Assembly: GCF_964213995.1 (NCBI RefSeq) | Contig: NC_135802.1 | Location: 138,012,001 to 138,076,000, forward strand | Direction: 5' to 3' | Length of the DNA: 64,000 nt | DNA from: Mustelus asterias | Lineage: Eukaryota | Shown: one piece after another, positions 1 to 11,858 of the stretch | How the letters are laid out: every line of letters starts with the position of its first letter | How positions within the stretch are numbered: the stretch's first letter is position 1 | Program-made: the position numbers and the translations under genes | Notes under the pieces: generated by a model | Told to the model about the DNA's origin: nothing | What the model saw: the letters and a program-made list of their open reading frames with translations, nothing else | The model's database searches: none

Positions 1-2985
1 GGGGGAGTCCAGATAGATTCTTTCTGAATCTATCCTGTCTAACCCTGTTAGAATTTTATAAGTTTCTATGAGATCCCTTCTCACTCTTCTAAACACCAGT
101 GAATATAATCCTAACCGACTTAGTGTCTCCTCATATAACAGACCAGCCATCCCAGGAATCAGCCTGGTAAACCTTTGCTGTACTCCATCTATAACAATGA
201 CATCCTTCCTCAGATAAGGACACCAAAACTGCACACAATACTCCAGGTGTGACCTCATCAACGCCCTATACAATTGCAGCAAAAAATCCCTATCCCTGAA
301 CTCAAAGCCTCTCACTCTGAAAGCCAACATACCATTTGCCTTCTTTGTAACCTGCTGTACCTGCACACTTACGTTAAGCGACTGATGCATGAGGGCTCCA
401 GGGTCTCGTTGAGTATCCACCTCTCTCAATTTACACCCATTCAAGTAATAATCTGTCTTCCTATTATTTCGACCAAAGTGAATAACCTCACATTTATCCA
501 CATTATACTGCATCTGCCATGCACATGCCCACACACTCAGCCTGTCCAAATCACACTGAAGCATCTCTGCATCCTCCTCACAGCTCACCCCCCCACCCAA
601 CTTTGTATCACCTGCAAATTTAGAAATAATACAGTCAGTTCCCTCTTCCAAATCATTAATATATAATGTCAACAGTTGGGGTCCTCGCACAGATCCCTGT
701 GGAACACCACTAGTCACTGACTGCCAATCAGAAAAAGACCCATTTATGCCAATTCTTTGCTTCCTATCTGCTAACCAGCTTTCTATCTGTCTCAGGACAT
801 TACCTGCAATCCCATATGCTTGAACTTTACATAATAGTTTATTATGTGAGACTTTGTTGAAAGCCTTTTGAAAATCTAAATAAACCACATCCATTGGTTC
901 TCCTTGGTCAACTCTACTAGTTACATCCTCAAAGAATTCCAATAGATTCATCAAGCTTGATTTCTCTTTTGTAAATCAAGGCTGAAATTGTCTGATTATA
1001 CCACTGCCTTCCAAATACCGAGTTATGAAATCCTTGATAATAGACTCTTGCAACTTTCCCAGTACCAATGTTAGGCTCACTGGTCTATAGTTCCCTGTTT
1101 TCTCTCTACCTCCCTTTTTGAATAGCGGGCTTACAGTAGCTACCCTCCAATCAGTAAGAACTATTCCAGAGTCCAAAGAATGTTGGAAAATAACCGCCAA
1201 TGGATCTATTATTTCCAGGGCCACTTCCTTAAGTACTCTGGGATGAAGATTATCAGGACCTGGAGATCTAGCCACCTTCAATCCTATCAATTTCCTCAAA
1301 ACCATTTTTCTACTAATGCTGATTTCCTTCAGCTCCTCCCTAAAACAGATCTCTCTCCTCGCTTCAGGTACGTTATTCATGTCTTCCTTTGTGAAAACTG
1401 AAGCAAAGTATATATTTAATTCCTCAGCCATTTCTTTATTCCCCGTTATGAATTCTCCCATTTCTGACTGTAAGGGGCTAATCTTTTTCTCTTTAGATAT
1501 CTATAGAAACTTTTACAGTCAGTTTTTATGTTCCCCGCTAGTTTACTTTCATGCTCTATTTTTCCCTTCTTAATCAGTCGTTTGGTCCTCCTTTGCTGAA
1601 TTTTAAATTGTTCCCAATCCTCAGACCTATTGCTTTTTCTTGTCAATTTGTATGCTTCTTCCTTGAATCTGATACAATCTCTAATTTCTCTTGTGAGCCG
1701 TGGTTTGGCCACAATTTCCTTATCACTATTGGGCCAAACAGGAATAAACAACTTCTGGAGTTTACCTATTCGTTCTTTAAATGCCTGCCATTGCCTGACC
1801 ACTGCTTTCCTTTCAGTAATGTTACCCAGTCCATCATGGACAATTAATGCCTCATACCATCATAGCTACCTTAACTGAGATTCAGGACCCTGGTCTCAGA
1901 ATCAACTACATCACTATCCACCTTGACAAAGAATTCTATCACATTATGGTCACTGGTACCCAACGGTTCTTTCACAATTAGATTGCCAACTAACCCTTTC
2001 TCATTGCACTACACCCAGTCCAAGATGTCTTGCTCCCTTGTTGGCTCCTCAACGTATTGCTCCAGAAAATCATCCTGTATGCACTCCAGAAATTCCTCCT
2101 CTATTGTACTGTGATTAATTTGACTCTCCCAATCTATATGTAGATTACAGTCATCCATAATTACAGATGTTCCTTTTACACATGCATCTCTGATTTCCTG
2201 TCTCATGTTTTTCCTAACTTTGCCACTACAGTTTGGTGGTCTATATACCACCCCCACCAATGTTTTATGCCCCTTGTTGTTCCTTAACATGACCCATTCA
2301 GATTCCATATCATCTATGCTAATATCTTTCCTCAATATCACATCAATATCATCTCTAATCAAAATGCAACTCCACCACCTTTTCCTTTCAGTCTGTCCTC
2401 CCTAAACACTAAATAGCCCTCAATGTTTGGTTCCCATCCTTGCTCACCTTGGAGTCACGTCTCCCTAATGCCAACTATATTATACCCCTTTACATCTATC
2501 CGTGCAACTAATTCACCCATTTTGTTTCGAACACTCCAAGCATTCAGGTACAAAACCTTAATGTGGGTACTTTTAACATTTCTTTTCCCTTTCCTACTAT
2601 TTTTTATTCGGTCCTTATCTGACCCTGGCCCTTGATTTCTCTGCTGATCGATTTCCTTATTCTCCTTACTGTCTTTTCCTCTTGTTCTTAATTCCCCCTG
2701 CTCTGAATCCTTGCAAAGGCGCCCATCCCTCTGCCATATTAGTTTAAACCCTCCCCAACCACTCTAGCAAGAACCCCCCACAAGGACATCAGTCCCGATC
2801 GTACCAAGGTGTAACCCGTCCAGTTTGTACAGGTCCCACCTCCCCCAGAACCTGTCTCAATCTGAAACCCTCCCTCTCACACCATCTTTTCAGCCACATA
2901 TTCATCCTTTGTATCCTGCTGTTTCTGCTCTGACTAGCACATGGCACAGGTAGTAATCTTGAGATCACTACCTTTGAGGTCCACT
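1..2985 (-). mobile_element. Degenerate CR1-clade (HER1-like) LINE, ORF2 endonuclease to RT region
   Basis: Frameshifted minus-strand ORFs: 2009-2362 (APE-like, VGVVYRPP), 1446-1802, and 976-1461 (SPGPDNLHPRVLKE...NYRPVSLT), typical of CR1 ORF2. Confidence 0.9.
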
Positions 2986-3069
2986 ATACAGTCAAGATGA
3001 CTGCGGAGACTTCTCCCGGAATGCTCCTCGGTGAAGTCTCTCTGCCACCTCTGCTGGACATTGATGCTC

Positions 3070-4645
3070 ATTTAGGTTTCCGCCAGGGACATTCAGCTCC
3101 TGACCTCATCACAGCCTTGATCCAAACATTGACAAAAGAGCTGAATTCAAGAGGTGTGGTGAGGGTACCTATCTTTGACATCAAGGCGGCATTTGACCGA
3201 ATGTGGGATTAAGGAACCCCAACAATACTGAAGTTAATAGAAATCAAAGGAAAGCTTTCCACTGATTGGAGTCATATCCAGCACAAAAGGAAGCTGGTTG
3301 GGGTTGTTGAAGGTCATTCATTCCAGCCCCAGGAAATCACTGCAGGAGTTTCTCAGGGTGGTGCCCAAGGCCCAACCATCTTCAGCTGCTTCATCAATGG
3401 CCTTCCTTCCATCATAAGATCTGAACTGGGAGCATTTGGATGTGATTGTACAATGTTCAGCACCATTCACGAATCCTCAGATACTGATGAAATCCTTATG
3501 AGCAAGTCCTGGACAACATTCAGGCTTGGGTTGACAAGTGGCAAGTTACATTTGTGCCACAGAAATGCTAGGCAATGATCATCTCCGGCATGAGAGGATC
3601 TCACAATCTCCCATGACATTCAATAGCATTAATATCGCTGAATGCTGCATCATCAACACCCTGGGGCTTACTATTGACATGTAATGGAACTGGACCAGCT
3701 ATATAAATACTGTGGCTCCTCAAAACCTGTGCATCATCTACAAGGCACAAGTTAGGATTGTGATGGAATACTCCCCACTCGCCTGGATGAATGCAATTCC
3801 AACAACATTCAAGAAATTCAACATAACTCAGGACAATACAGTCTGCTTAATTGGCACCCCACCCACCACCTTAAATATTTATTACCCTCCCCCTCCCCAC
3901 TGATGCACACTGGCAGTAGTGTGTACACCATCTACAAGATTTATAGCAACAGCCCGTCAAAACTGTACCCTCTACCTCCTAGAAGGACATAGGCAGCAGC
4001 TTCATGGGAACTCCACCACCTGCAAGTTCTCCTCAAAACCACACACCATCCTAATTTGGAACGATATTGCCGTTCCTTCAATGTCACTTGGTCAAAATCC
4101 TGGATCAAAATCAAAAACCAGCCTCCCATCCATTGACTCTGTCTACATTTCCCGCTGCCTCGGAGAAGCAGCCAGCATAATTAAGGACCCCACGCGCTCG
4201 GACATTCTCTCTTCCACCTTCTTCCGTCGGGAAAATGATACAAACGTCTGGGATCACGTACCAACCCACTCAAGAACAGCATCTTCTCTACTGCCATCAG
4301 ACTTTTGAATGGACCTACCTCGCATTAAGTTGATCTTTTTCTATACCCTAGCTATGACTGTTACACTACATTCTACACTGTCTCCTTTCCTTCTTTCCTT
4401 TCCTTCTTTCCTTTCCTTCTCTCCTTTCCTCTCTCTCCTTTCCTGCTTTATCTGTATAGCACGCAAGAAACAATACTTTTCACTGTATACTAATACATGT
4501 GACAAACCAAATCAAATCAAAATCCTGGAACTCCCTCCTTAACAGCACTGTGGGTGCACCTACACTGAAGAAGAAAGTTCACTACCATCTTCGCAAGGGC
4601 AATTAGGGATGGGCAACAAATGCTGACCTAGCCAGCAATGCCTGT
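3070..4645 (+). mobile_element. Degenerate CR1/L2-clade LINE RT and 3' fragment, interrupted by a nested element
   Basis: GFRQGHSAPDLITAL...DIKAAFDRMW and YKAQVR.MEYSPLAW fragments. Same family at ~18375-18650(-), 19670-20370(-), 44090-44650(-) and 45280-46565(+). Confidence 0.8.
4105..4516 (+). mobile_element. Rex1/Babar-like LINE 3' end, nested insertion with TSD
   Basis: Begins aaaccagcctcccatcc and ends in an (ATCAA)n tail; flanked by the 13-bp direct repeat tcaaaatcctgga (4092-4104, 4517-4529). Confidence 0.75.
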
Positions 4646-4767
4646 AAAAGAACAACATTTTTACAATATCCTGGACACTTCAGAACCACTTGGCTGTTTA
4701 TGCACTGAGATGTCCTGAGGTTGTGAAAGGAGTTATAGAAATCCCAGTGTTCTTTCATATATATAGT

Positions 4768-5160
4768 TCTTTTTTATTCATTCGTGGGACGTGGGCGTCG
4801 CTGGCTGAGCAGCATTTATTGCCCATCCCTAGTTGGCCTTGAACTGAGTGGCTTTCTAGGCCACTTCAGAGGGCAGTTGAGAGTCAACCACATTGCTGTG
4901 GCTCGGGAGTCACATGTAGGCCAGACCAGGTAAGGACAGCAGATTTCCTTCCCTAAAGGATGTTAGTGAACCAAATGAGTTTTTTCCACAATTGACGCTG
5001 GCTTCATGGTCATCAGTGGATTCTTAATTCCAGATATTTTTTATTGAATTCAAATTCCACCACCTGCCATGGCAGGATTCGAACCCGAGTAACTCGATCA
5101 TTAGCTGAGTTTCTGGATTAATAGTTCTAGTGATAACACCACTAGGGCATTGCCTATCCC
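4768..5160 (-). mobile_element. SINE of a second tRNA-derived family, just upstream of the MRS2 promoter
   Basis: Box B-like ggttcgaatcc on the - strand; homologous copies at ~22410-22770(+), 33290-33820(-) and 44680-45140(-). Confidence 0.7.
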
Positions 5161-5239
5161 TTTTTCCTAAAGATACAGGTGTACTTATTCAATTTATTTT
5201 CCCTGAAACCAAAATACAGAGGAATCTATCAGCTGGTGA

Positions 5240-5600
5240 AACTTGACAGGTCGTTTTGCGCTGAGGACCGCACTCCAGCACACGCGTACCATTCAACAGT
5301 CCAGACGGTAATGCGCATGCGGGAACATGCCCCTCCACTCCACTGCGCTTGCGCACATTGTTGCATGTCAGTTTCCTGTGTAACAGAATTGTTACTAATG
5401 GATACATTCTAAATTAGAATCCTGCCCGGATCGTCCGCAGCATCGCCATCCTTGTTGCCTTGCAAAGTCTTCCTGACAGCCGACCTTCACTCGTATCTAC
5501 AGAAGTGACTTTAAAAGGGCAATTAGTTTCGGTATTTGGCTCCTCTGCTGCTTGATGTTTTCTTCCGGGAGAGAATTTTCCACATCTTTGCCCTTGACTG
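5240..5600 (+). promoter_or_regulatory. MRS2 promoter / 5' region with NRF1, ETS(GABPA) and YY1-like motifs
   Basis: Local CpG enrichment; TGCGCATGCG (5312-5321), TGCGCTTGCGCA (5344-5355), CGCCATCCTT (~5444), TTCCGG (~5563). Confidence 0.65.
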
Positions 5601-5668
5601 TTGACGAGATTGTTTGTTTGGGTCTCAGCTCCTTGGCTGAGAGGGAACTTTAAACCAGAAACTGGTGA

Positions 5669-5879
5669 ATGGAGATCTCCGGACTAACCAGGTCTTTGCT
5701 ACGATCCTTGAAAGAGCAAGCAAGATTCACCAATCCTCTTAAATTATCATGCTTTAAATACAGTTCCATGTGTCGGATTTCACAACACTGTGCACATGAA
5801 AGAAATATGTCTGCGCTACATTCGTGTGGGATGGAAATCCAGGCCCACCAAATCCTTAAGCTCAGATCAAGCAGGCAGT
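5669..5879 (+). CDS. MRS2: MRS2 exon 1 (mitochondrial presequence)
   Basis: ATG 5669, MEISGLTRSLLRSLK...; donor GTGAGT at 5880; phase 1 joins exon 2. Sequence is poorly conserved, as expected for a presequence. Confidence 0.8.
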
Positions 5880-7550
5880 GTGAGTATTTATTTCGAATAT
5901 GCACATTATAGAGTATTGCTTGCAAGCTGTATTTTTTTTTGCATTATAATTTCCCATGGTAGCAAATGCAGGAAAGTTGGAATGACATTTGACTAGATAC
6001 CAATAATAATCGGTTGTTCTTTGGTGCAAGGATCAAAGACGGCTGCCTAGTATGGAGAGACTAAAAAAGGGGAGAGGGAAAGAGGATGTAAGAGATAGGG
6101 GTGAAGTCAGTACAAAGTTAAAGAGGAAGAAAGGTAAAAGATTAAGGGAGGTTCAGCATTGACAGGGACATAAAAGTTTGCAATTAATCAATCTGTGGTC
6201 AATGAGGGATTGCACGCCTTCTGGAACTTTCTTCTTTCTCTTGCATTTTTTGACCTTCATCTGCCCTCTTCAAAGACAGCTACACCTGGTTGAAGCAGGG
6301 CTGTGGTCAAAGTCAATTGTGTTGAGGTCAAAGCCAATTTTCTTCAAGTAGCCTTTCGGTTGCCCTGTGATCTTTGACCAATTGGGAGTTGAGAGCCTAC
6401 TTCGGAAGGTGAAGATTTGTCCAGCCCAGCTACCACATGAGAATGGTACCCTGACCTGTTGGAAGAAATCTATGAAGGTCTGAGTCTGCATCTGAATCTT
6501 AATAACACAAAACTCCTCCAGTCAAAACCATAACTTGCACACCAAATTGTCCCAGCATTACGGGTGCAGGTAGCCAAGCGCCACCCTCTCCCCCGCCAAC
6601 CGCATGACACCAGAAGGCAGTTGATCACATCTGCTATCTCAGTATCCACATGTCGCAAATGGGTCAAGTTGCTTCATGTAAACGTTAGAGCAAGTAGTAT
6701 AGATATTGGGAAAGGTTGGAGGAGAGAGACTTTGAAGGTGGTGAGGACGTGATATTGGATGAAGTAGCAAATCAAACAGATCTGCAGAGGGATAAAGGCA
6801 AGATACTGCAGATGCTGGAATCTGAAACAAAAACAGAAAAAGCTGGAAAATCTCAGCAGATCTGACAGCATCTGTGGAGAGAGCTGGTGAAAAGTCTCGA
6901 AACATTGGCTCTATTCTCTCTGCTAGACTTGCTGAGATTTTCCTACAGAGGGAATTTGAAGTTGGTATCTGGATGGCACACAGTGGCAGTTTGGAGGTGA
7001 AACAGTAACTCGTATTTCATTATGTTAGTATTAAAAATAAGTATGACTGCATAGAGGAACCAGAAGAGCCTCATTACCATTCATGTGGATGATGTCTGAC
7101 TTGCAGCTCCACTCCATTTGCCCATCTTTGCTCCATATTCCGAGATACCCTTGCCCAAAAAAAATCACTCTGTTTTGAAAACTGCATTTGGCACAATCCA
7201 CAGTCTTTTGAGGCAGAGTATGTTGATAGTATGCCCATCTCACCAACTAAATGTGACAGCTCCATGATCAATACTGAAGCAATTTACCCTTCTCATATAT
7301 TGGGTTATCCTGTGCACCGTTCTCTACACAAGCTATTAGTAACTTGTACACCATGTGAAGTGTAGTGACTCTAATATAATGCAGGCCGCATTGCGAATGA
7401 CCTGCCACGCTAGCGCAAGATGGGTTGAAATAAATAACTTGGATTCATATATTTTCTTGACCTTAATGTTTAAAATACTTCACAGTCAATTAAGTACTTG
7501 TTAAAAATATATTATCACTTTTATAATATGGCAGCCAATTTGCACACAAT

Positions 7551-7779
7551 AAGAGAAAATGCTGGAAAATCTCAGCAGGTCTGGCAGCATCTGTAAGAGA
7601 AAAGAGCTGACGTATTGAGTCCAGATGACCCTTTTGTCAAAGCTTTGACAAAGGGTCGTCTGGTCGTCCAGGTAAGCTCTTTTCTCTCCTTACAGATGCT
7701 ACCAGACCTGCTGAGATTTTCCAGCATTTTCTCTTTTGGTTTCACATTCCAGCATCCGCAGTAATTTGCTTTTATCCAA
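7551..7779. mobile_element. Penelope-derived fold-back (palindromic) element with TSD
   Basis: ~185-bp inverted repeat centred on gtcaaagctttgac (7636-7649); flanking direct repeat tgcacacaataag. Relatives at ~6780-6945, 17535-17605, 24040-24130, 41900-42020 and 59590-59665. Confidence 0.7.
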
Positions 7780-8124
7780 TGCACACAATAAGCTTCCACA
7801 AACAACAATCTGACTCAGTGAAAAGGTAAACCATAACGTTGAAAACCAATGGGATTAGATTGGAAAGTCTAAACCTTAGTTTCAGCACCGAGCCTCTCGG
7901 TCACGTAGCATAACCCAAGAATCTACCATCATCCCTGACATTCCTATTCTCTGCACCAATCATCTTTATAACCTGTGCTGAGAACGTGGTGCCATCATTA
8001 GCCTTACCTGTGCTGTATAACCTTTTCATTCTATATTTAGTACAATTAAATTAACATGAGAGAGATTGCACTTGTTTACATGGAAAACAAGTCTTTAATA
8101 TTTTCACCTTTTAAATTACTCCAG

Positions 8125-8198
8125 CAGATGGGCGACGATACCGCAGCACAGACCCTTCACAAACTACTCTCGTCAGTGTGGTTCCAGTGTTTTCTGTA
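8125..8198 (+). CDS. MRS2: MRS2 exon 2
   Basis: 74 nt, (S)DGRRYRSTDPSQTTLVSVVPVFSV; AG/GTAAGT. Confidence 0.9.
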
Positions 8199-8276
8199 GT
8201 AAGTGCAGTCTGGATATTTTAATTGAAATTTGCAGAAAATGCACATGTACCACGTTAAAAGTATATTTTCTTTCAG

Positions 8277-8313
8277 ATGAGATATGACAAAGCTGGGAAT
8301 GTAAGCTTCTTTG
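8277..8313 (+). CDS. MRS2: MRS2 exon 3
   Basis: 37 nt, MRYDKAGNVSFF(E); tttcag/gtaagt. Confidence 0.92.
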
Positions 8314-8464
8314 GTAAGTTTGTTTTGAGTCATATTATATTTTCTGAATATCATATTTCTTGTCAGAAAGAGATTTTTGCATCAAATTTTCAATGTGTAC
8401 AGTTGTAGAATGACTTTCTTCCCAATTGCCTATCTTGTGATGCCAGCTGCATGCTTTCACATTG

Positions 8465-9152
8465 AATCCATAGAATTCCTATCGTGCAGAAGGAGGCCAT
8501 TTGGCCCATCGAGCCTGCACCAACTCTCCGACAGAGCATCTTGCCTTAGCCCTCCTCCCTGCCCTATCCCCATAACCCCACAAAACCCCTGCTAATCCAC
8601 CTAACCTGCACATTTTTGGACTGTGGGAGGAAACCGGAGCACCCAGAGAAAACCCATCACGCAAACCAGCCTCCCATCCGTTGCCTCTGTCTACACTTCC
8701 CGGTGCCTCGGAAAAGCAGCCAGCATAATTAAGGACCCCACACACCCCAGACATACTCTCTTCCACCTGCTTCTGTCGGGAAAAAGATACAAAAGTCTGA
8801 GGTCAAGTACCAATCGACTCAAGAACAGTTTCTTCCCTGCTGGCATCAGACTTTTCAATGGACCTACCTTGCATTTCGTTGATCTTTCTCTACACCCTAG
8901 CTATGACTGTAACACTACATTCTGCATTCTCCCCTTTCCTTCTCTATGAATGGTATACTTTGTTTGTATGCCATGCAAGAAACAATACTTTTCATTGTAT
9001 ACTAATACATGTGACAATAATAAATCAAATCAAAACCCACACACACATGGGGAGAATATGCAAACTCCACACAGACTGTCACCCAAGGCTGGAATTGAAC
9101 CCAGGTCCCTGGCGCAGTGAGGCAGCAGTGCTAACCACTATGCCACTGTGCT
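8465..9152 (-). mobile_element. HE1-type SINE interrupted by a + strand Rex1/Babar-like 3' fragment (8657-9031)
   Basis: SINE body resumes after the insert; TSD aaaaccca at 8649-8656 and 9032-9039. Confidence 0.8.
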
Positions 9153-9902
9153 GTCCAATGGCCCACAGGCAGTTCTCATTTAATTTCAACACCTGCCATC
9201 ATTTTGGTCATGCAGTCTGGTCTGGATGTATAATTGAGCAAAAATGGGCACTAAACCGAAGAAGGAAGTATTGGAGATTAGTGAAATGGGGGTAGGAGAC
9301 CAAAATCTTGGTTAGGATGTGGACTATATGGAGAAGCAAGGGAAGGGGCTTAGAGCGCACTCCAAAAAGAGCCACAATTTTCCTGTACACACAGTTTGCC
9401 TTTTGCTGAGCATCCAACTATGCTTAGAATACGTTAAAAATCTGTCAATCTAATCTTCATCAGTGGCAGACATTGGGCAAGCTGTGTGCTGTCAATCCAC
9501 CACTGTCAATGCTCTTTGCAAAAGACCTTAGTCATTTTAGTGATTGTTCTCCACTTGCATCTGATTAAATGTTACTACCCTGGTGACTTTACAGAGCTGA
9601 GCTGCCAGTTATCACTGACACAAAGAGGGGCAATCGGGGACTAAACCCCTAAAGACAGGGCTGCCGAGGGTGGGACAAAGAGAGTGCAGCATATTGCAGT
9701 TGGTGTTACCGATTCCGAGTGTTCAGTTTGACTAGCGGTTTAGATGGCAAAGTGAATCTGGTTATGACCAAATTCAGTGGCCTCGCCTCGCGTAGAAGAA
9801 GAGAGAAGTAGCGCTGTCTGTTTTATAAGTTACCTTGATGGCAAACTTTCCCAATTGTTACATAAATTTGGTTCAATGTTTATGTCACTTTTTGCATTGC
9901 AG

Positions 9903-10015
9903 AACGAAAGAAGACTGAACTGTATCAGGAACTGGGTCTTCAAGCTCGAGATTTACGATTTCAACATTTAACAAGCATTAATACGAGGAACAATTGCATC
10001 ATTCTAAGAATGGAG
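9903..10015 (+). CDS. MRS2: MRS2 exon 4
   Basis: 113 nt, ERKKTELYQELGLQARDLRFQHLTSINTRNNCIILRME. Confidence 0.97.
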
Positions 10016-10394
10016 GTAAGAAGGCTCTTCAGTCATGCTTCCAGGTGATTCAGCACTTTCTTTTACTGCATTCTTGGGATTGCAAGCATGGCTGACGTTT
10101 GTTGCCCATCACAGGTTGCCTTTGATGTAAGACATTTTCACTTGAACTGATGTTAGGAAGGGAGTTCCATGATTTTAGTCCGCTGACAATGACGGAATGG
10201 TGATGTATGTCCAAGTGGAACTTTGAGCGAATGGTGTTGCCATTCACCTTTGTCCTTCTAACAAGGTGGAGGCTATAGCTTTCAGAAGTGCAGTTGTCAC
10301 CACTAACATGACATGAGCTGCATCCATGAGCTCCAATCAGTTTGCTACCACCAGTTATTAGTATTGCTGCGATATTCCTTGCATCATATTTTGT

Positions 10395-10718
10395 AGAATC
10401 ATAGAATCCCTACAGTGCAGAATGAGTCCTTTCAGCCCATTGAACCTGCCCCAAGGACAATCCCACCCAGGCCCCATCCCCGTAACCCCAGGTATTTAAC
10501 CTGCTAATCCTCCTGACACCAAGGGGCAATTTAGCATAGCTAATCAACCTAACCCGCACATCTTTGGACTGTGGGAGGAGGCCAGAGCAGCCAGAGGAAA
10601 CCCACGTAGACAAGGGGAGAACGTGCAGACTCCACACAGACAGTGACCCGAGGCTGGAATTGACCCTGGGTCCCTGGCGCTATGAGGCAGCAGTGCTAAC
10701 CACTGTGCCACTGTGCCT
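10395..10718 (-). mobile_element. HE1-type (V-SINE) SINE
   Basis: tRNA-like head, V-domain gggtttcctc..., tail ccttctgcactgtagggattctatga. Confidence 0.85.
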
Positions 10719-11134
10719 CCCTAATATTTGTCAAAATGCAAATTGTGTTTTGCAGTAAAATCGAACCAGACATCCACGATGCGAACAAAACACTTGCTTC
10801 TGCAATTTTTGTAGATTAAGTTTAAATTTGTACATATTGAATGATAAAATAGGATTTGGTTGGTCAGATTATGAAGAAGTGTTGCCATTCGTTTTGCAAT
10901 ACGTAGCTCATTGGTTGTCATGTTGCCAGACTTGATGGTTTCTGGGAGACCCATGTCCTGAGCAGGCACTTGAAAGCGTCATCATTTTGCTGCAGACAGG
11001 TGGCACCACACATTGTGATATGTTCATTCAAAAAAAAATAAAAACCTTCCGTTCCAACATGGCGTTATCACTCCTACAGGCAATCCCAGTTTGTTCCACA
11101 GCCAATCAATTGCTTTCACCATTAAAGGAAAATA

Positions 11135-11483
11135 TCATAGAATCATAGAAACCCGACAGTGCAGGAAGAGGCCATTTGGCCCATCGAGTCTGCACCGACC
11201 ACAATCCCACCAAGGCCCTACCCCCATATCCCTACATATTTACCCGCTAATCCCTCTAACCTACGCATCTCAGGACACTAAGGGGCAATTTTAGCATGGC
11301 CAATCAACCTAACACGCACATCTTTTGGACTGTGGGAGGAAACCGGAGCACCCGGAGGAAACCCACGCAGACACGAGGAGAATGTGCAAATTCCACACAG
11401 ACAGTGACCCAAGCCGGGAATCGAACCCAGGTGCCTGGAGCTGTGAAGCAGCAGTGCTAACCACTGTGCTACCATGCCGCCCC
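11135..11483 (-). mobile_element. HE1-type SINE
   Basis: Near-complete copy. Confidence 0.88.
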
Positions 11484-11529
11484 GTGGGCCAAATATGGCA
11501 ACCGGTTTGCATAGTTCTTACCTACAATC

Positions 11530-11858
11530 GGGCAGCACGGTGGCACAGTGGTTAGCACTGCTGCTTCATAGCTCCAGGGACCTGGGTTCGATTCCCGGCT
11601 TGGGTGTGTGGAGTTTGCACATTCTCCCCGGGTCTGTATGGGTTTCCTCCAGATGCTCCAGTTTCCTCCCACACTCCAAAGATATGCAGGTTAGGTTGAT
11701 TGGCCATGCTAAATTGCCCCTTAGTGTCCCAGGATGCGTGGATTAGTGGGGTAAATGTGTGGGGTTGTGGGGATAGGGCCTGGGATGGGATTGTGGTCGG
11801 TGCAGACCTGATGGGCCGAATGGCCTCCTTCTGCACTGTGGGGATTCTATGGTTTCTA
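11530..11858 (+). mobile_element. HE1-type SINE, head-to-head with the previous copy
   Basis: gggcagcacggtggcacagtggttagcactg...gggttcgattccc (A and B boxes). Confidence 0.88.

Noticed and set aside
6270-6650. Possible extra coding exon in MRS2 intron 1
   Set aside because: Exons 1 and 2 join in frame without it; the segment resembles a decayed RTE-like RT piece (LHLNLNNTKLL).
11530-11610. tRNA gene
   Set aside because: The A/B boxes belong to an HE1 SINE head that continues into the V-domain and tail.
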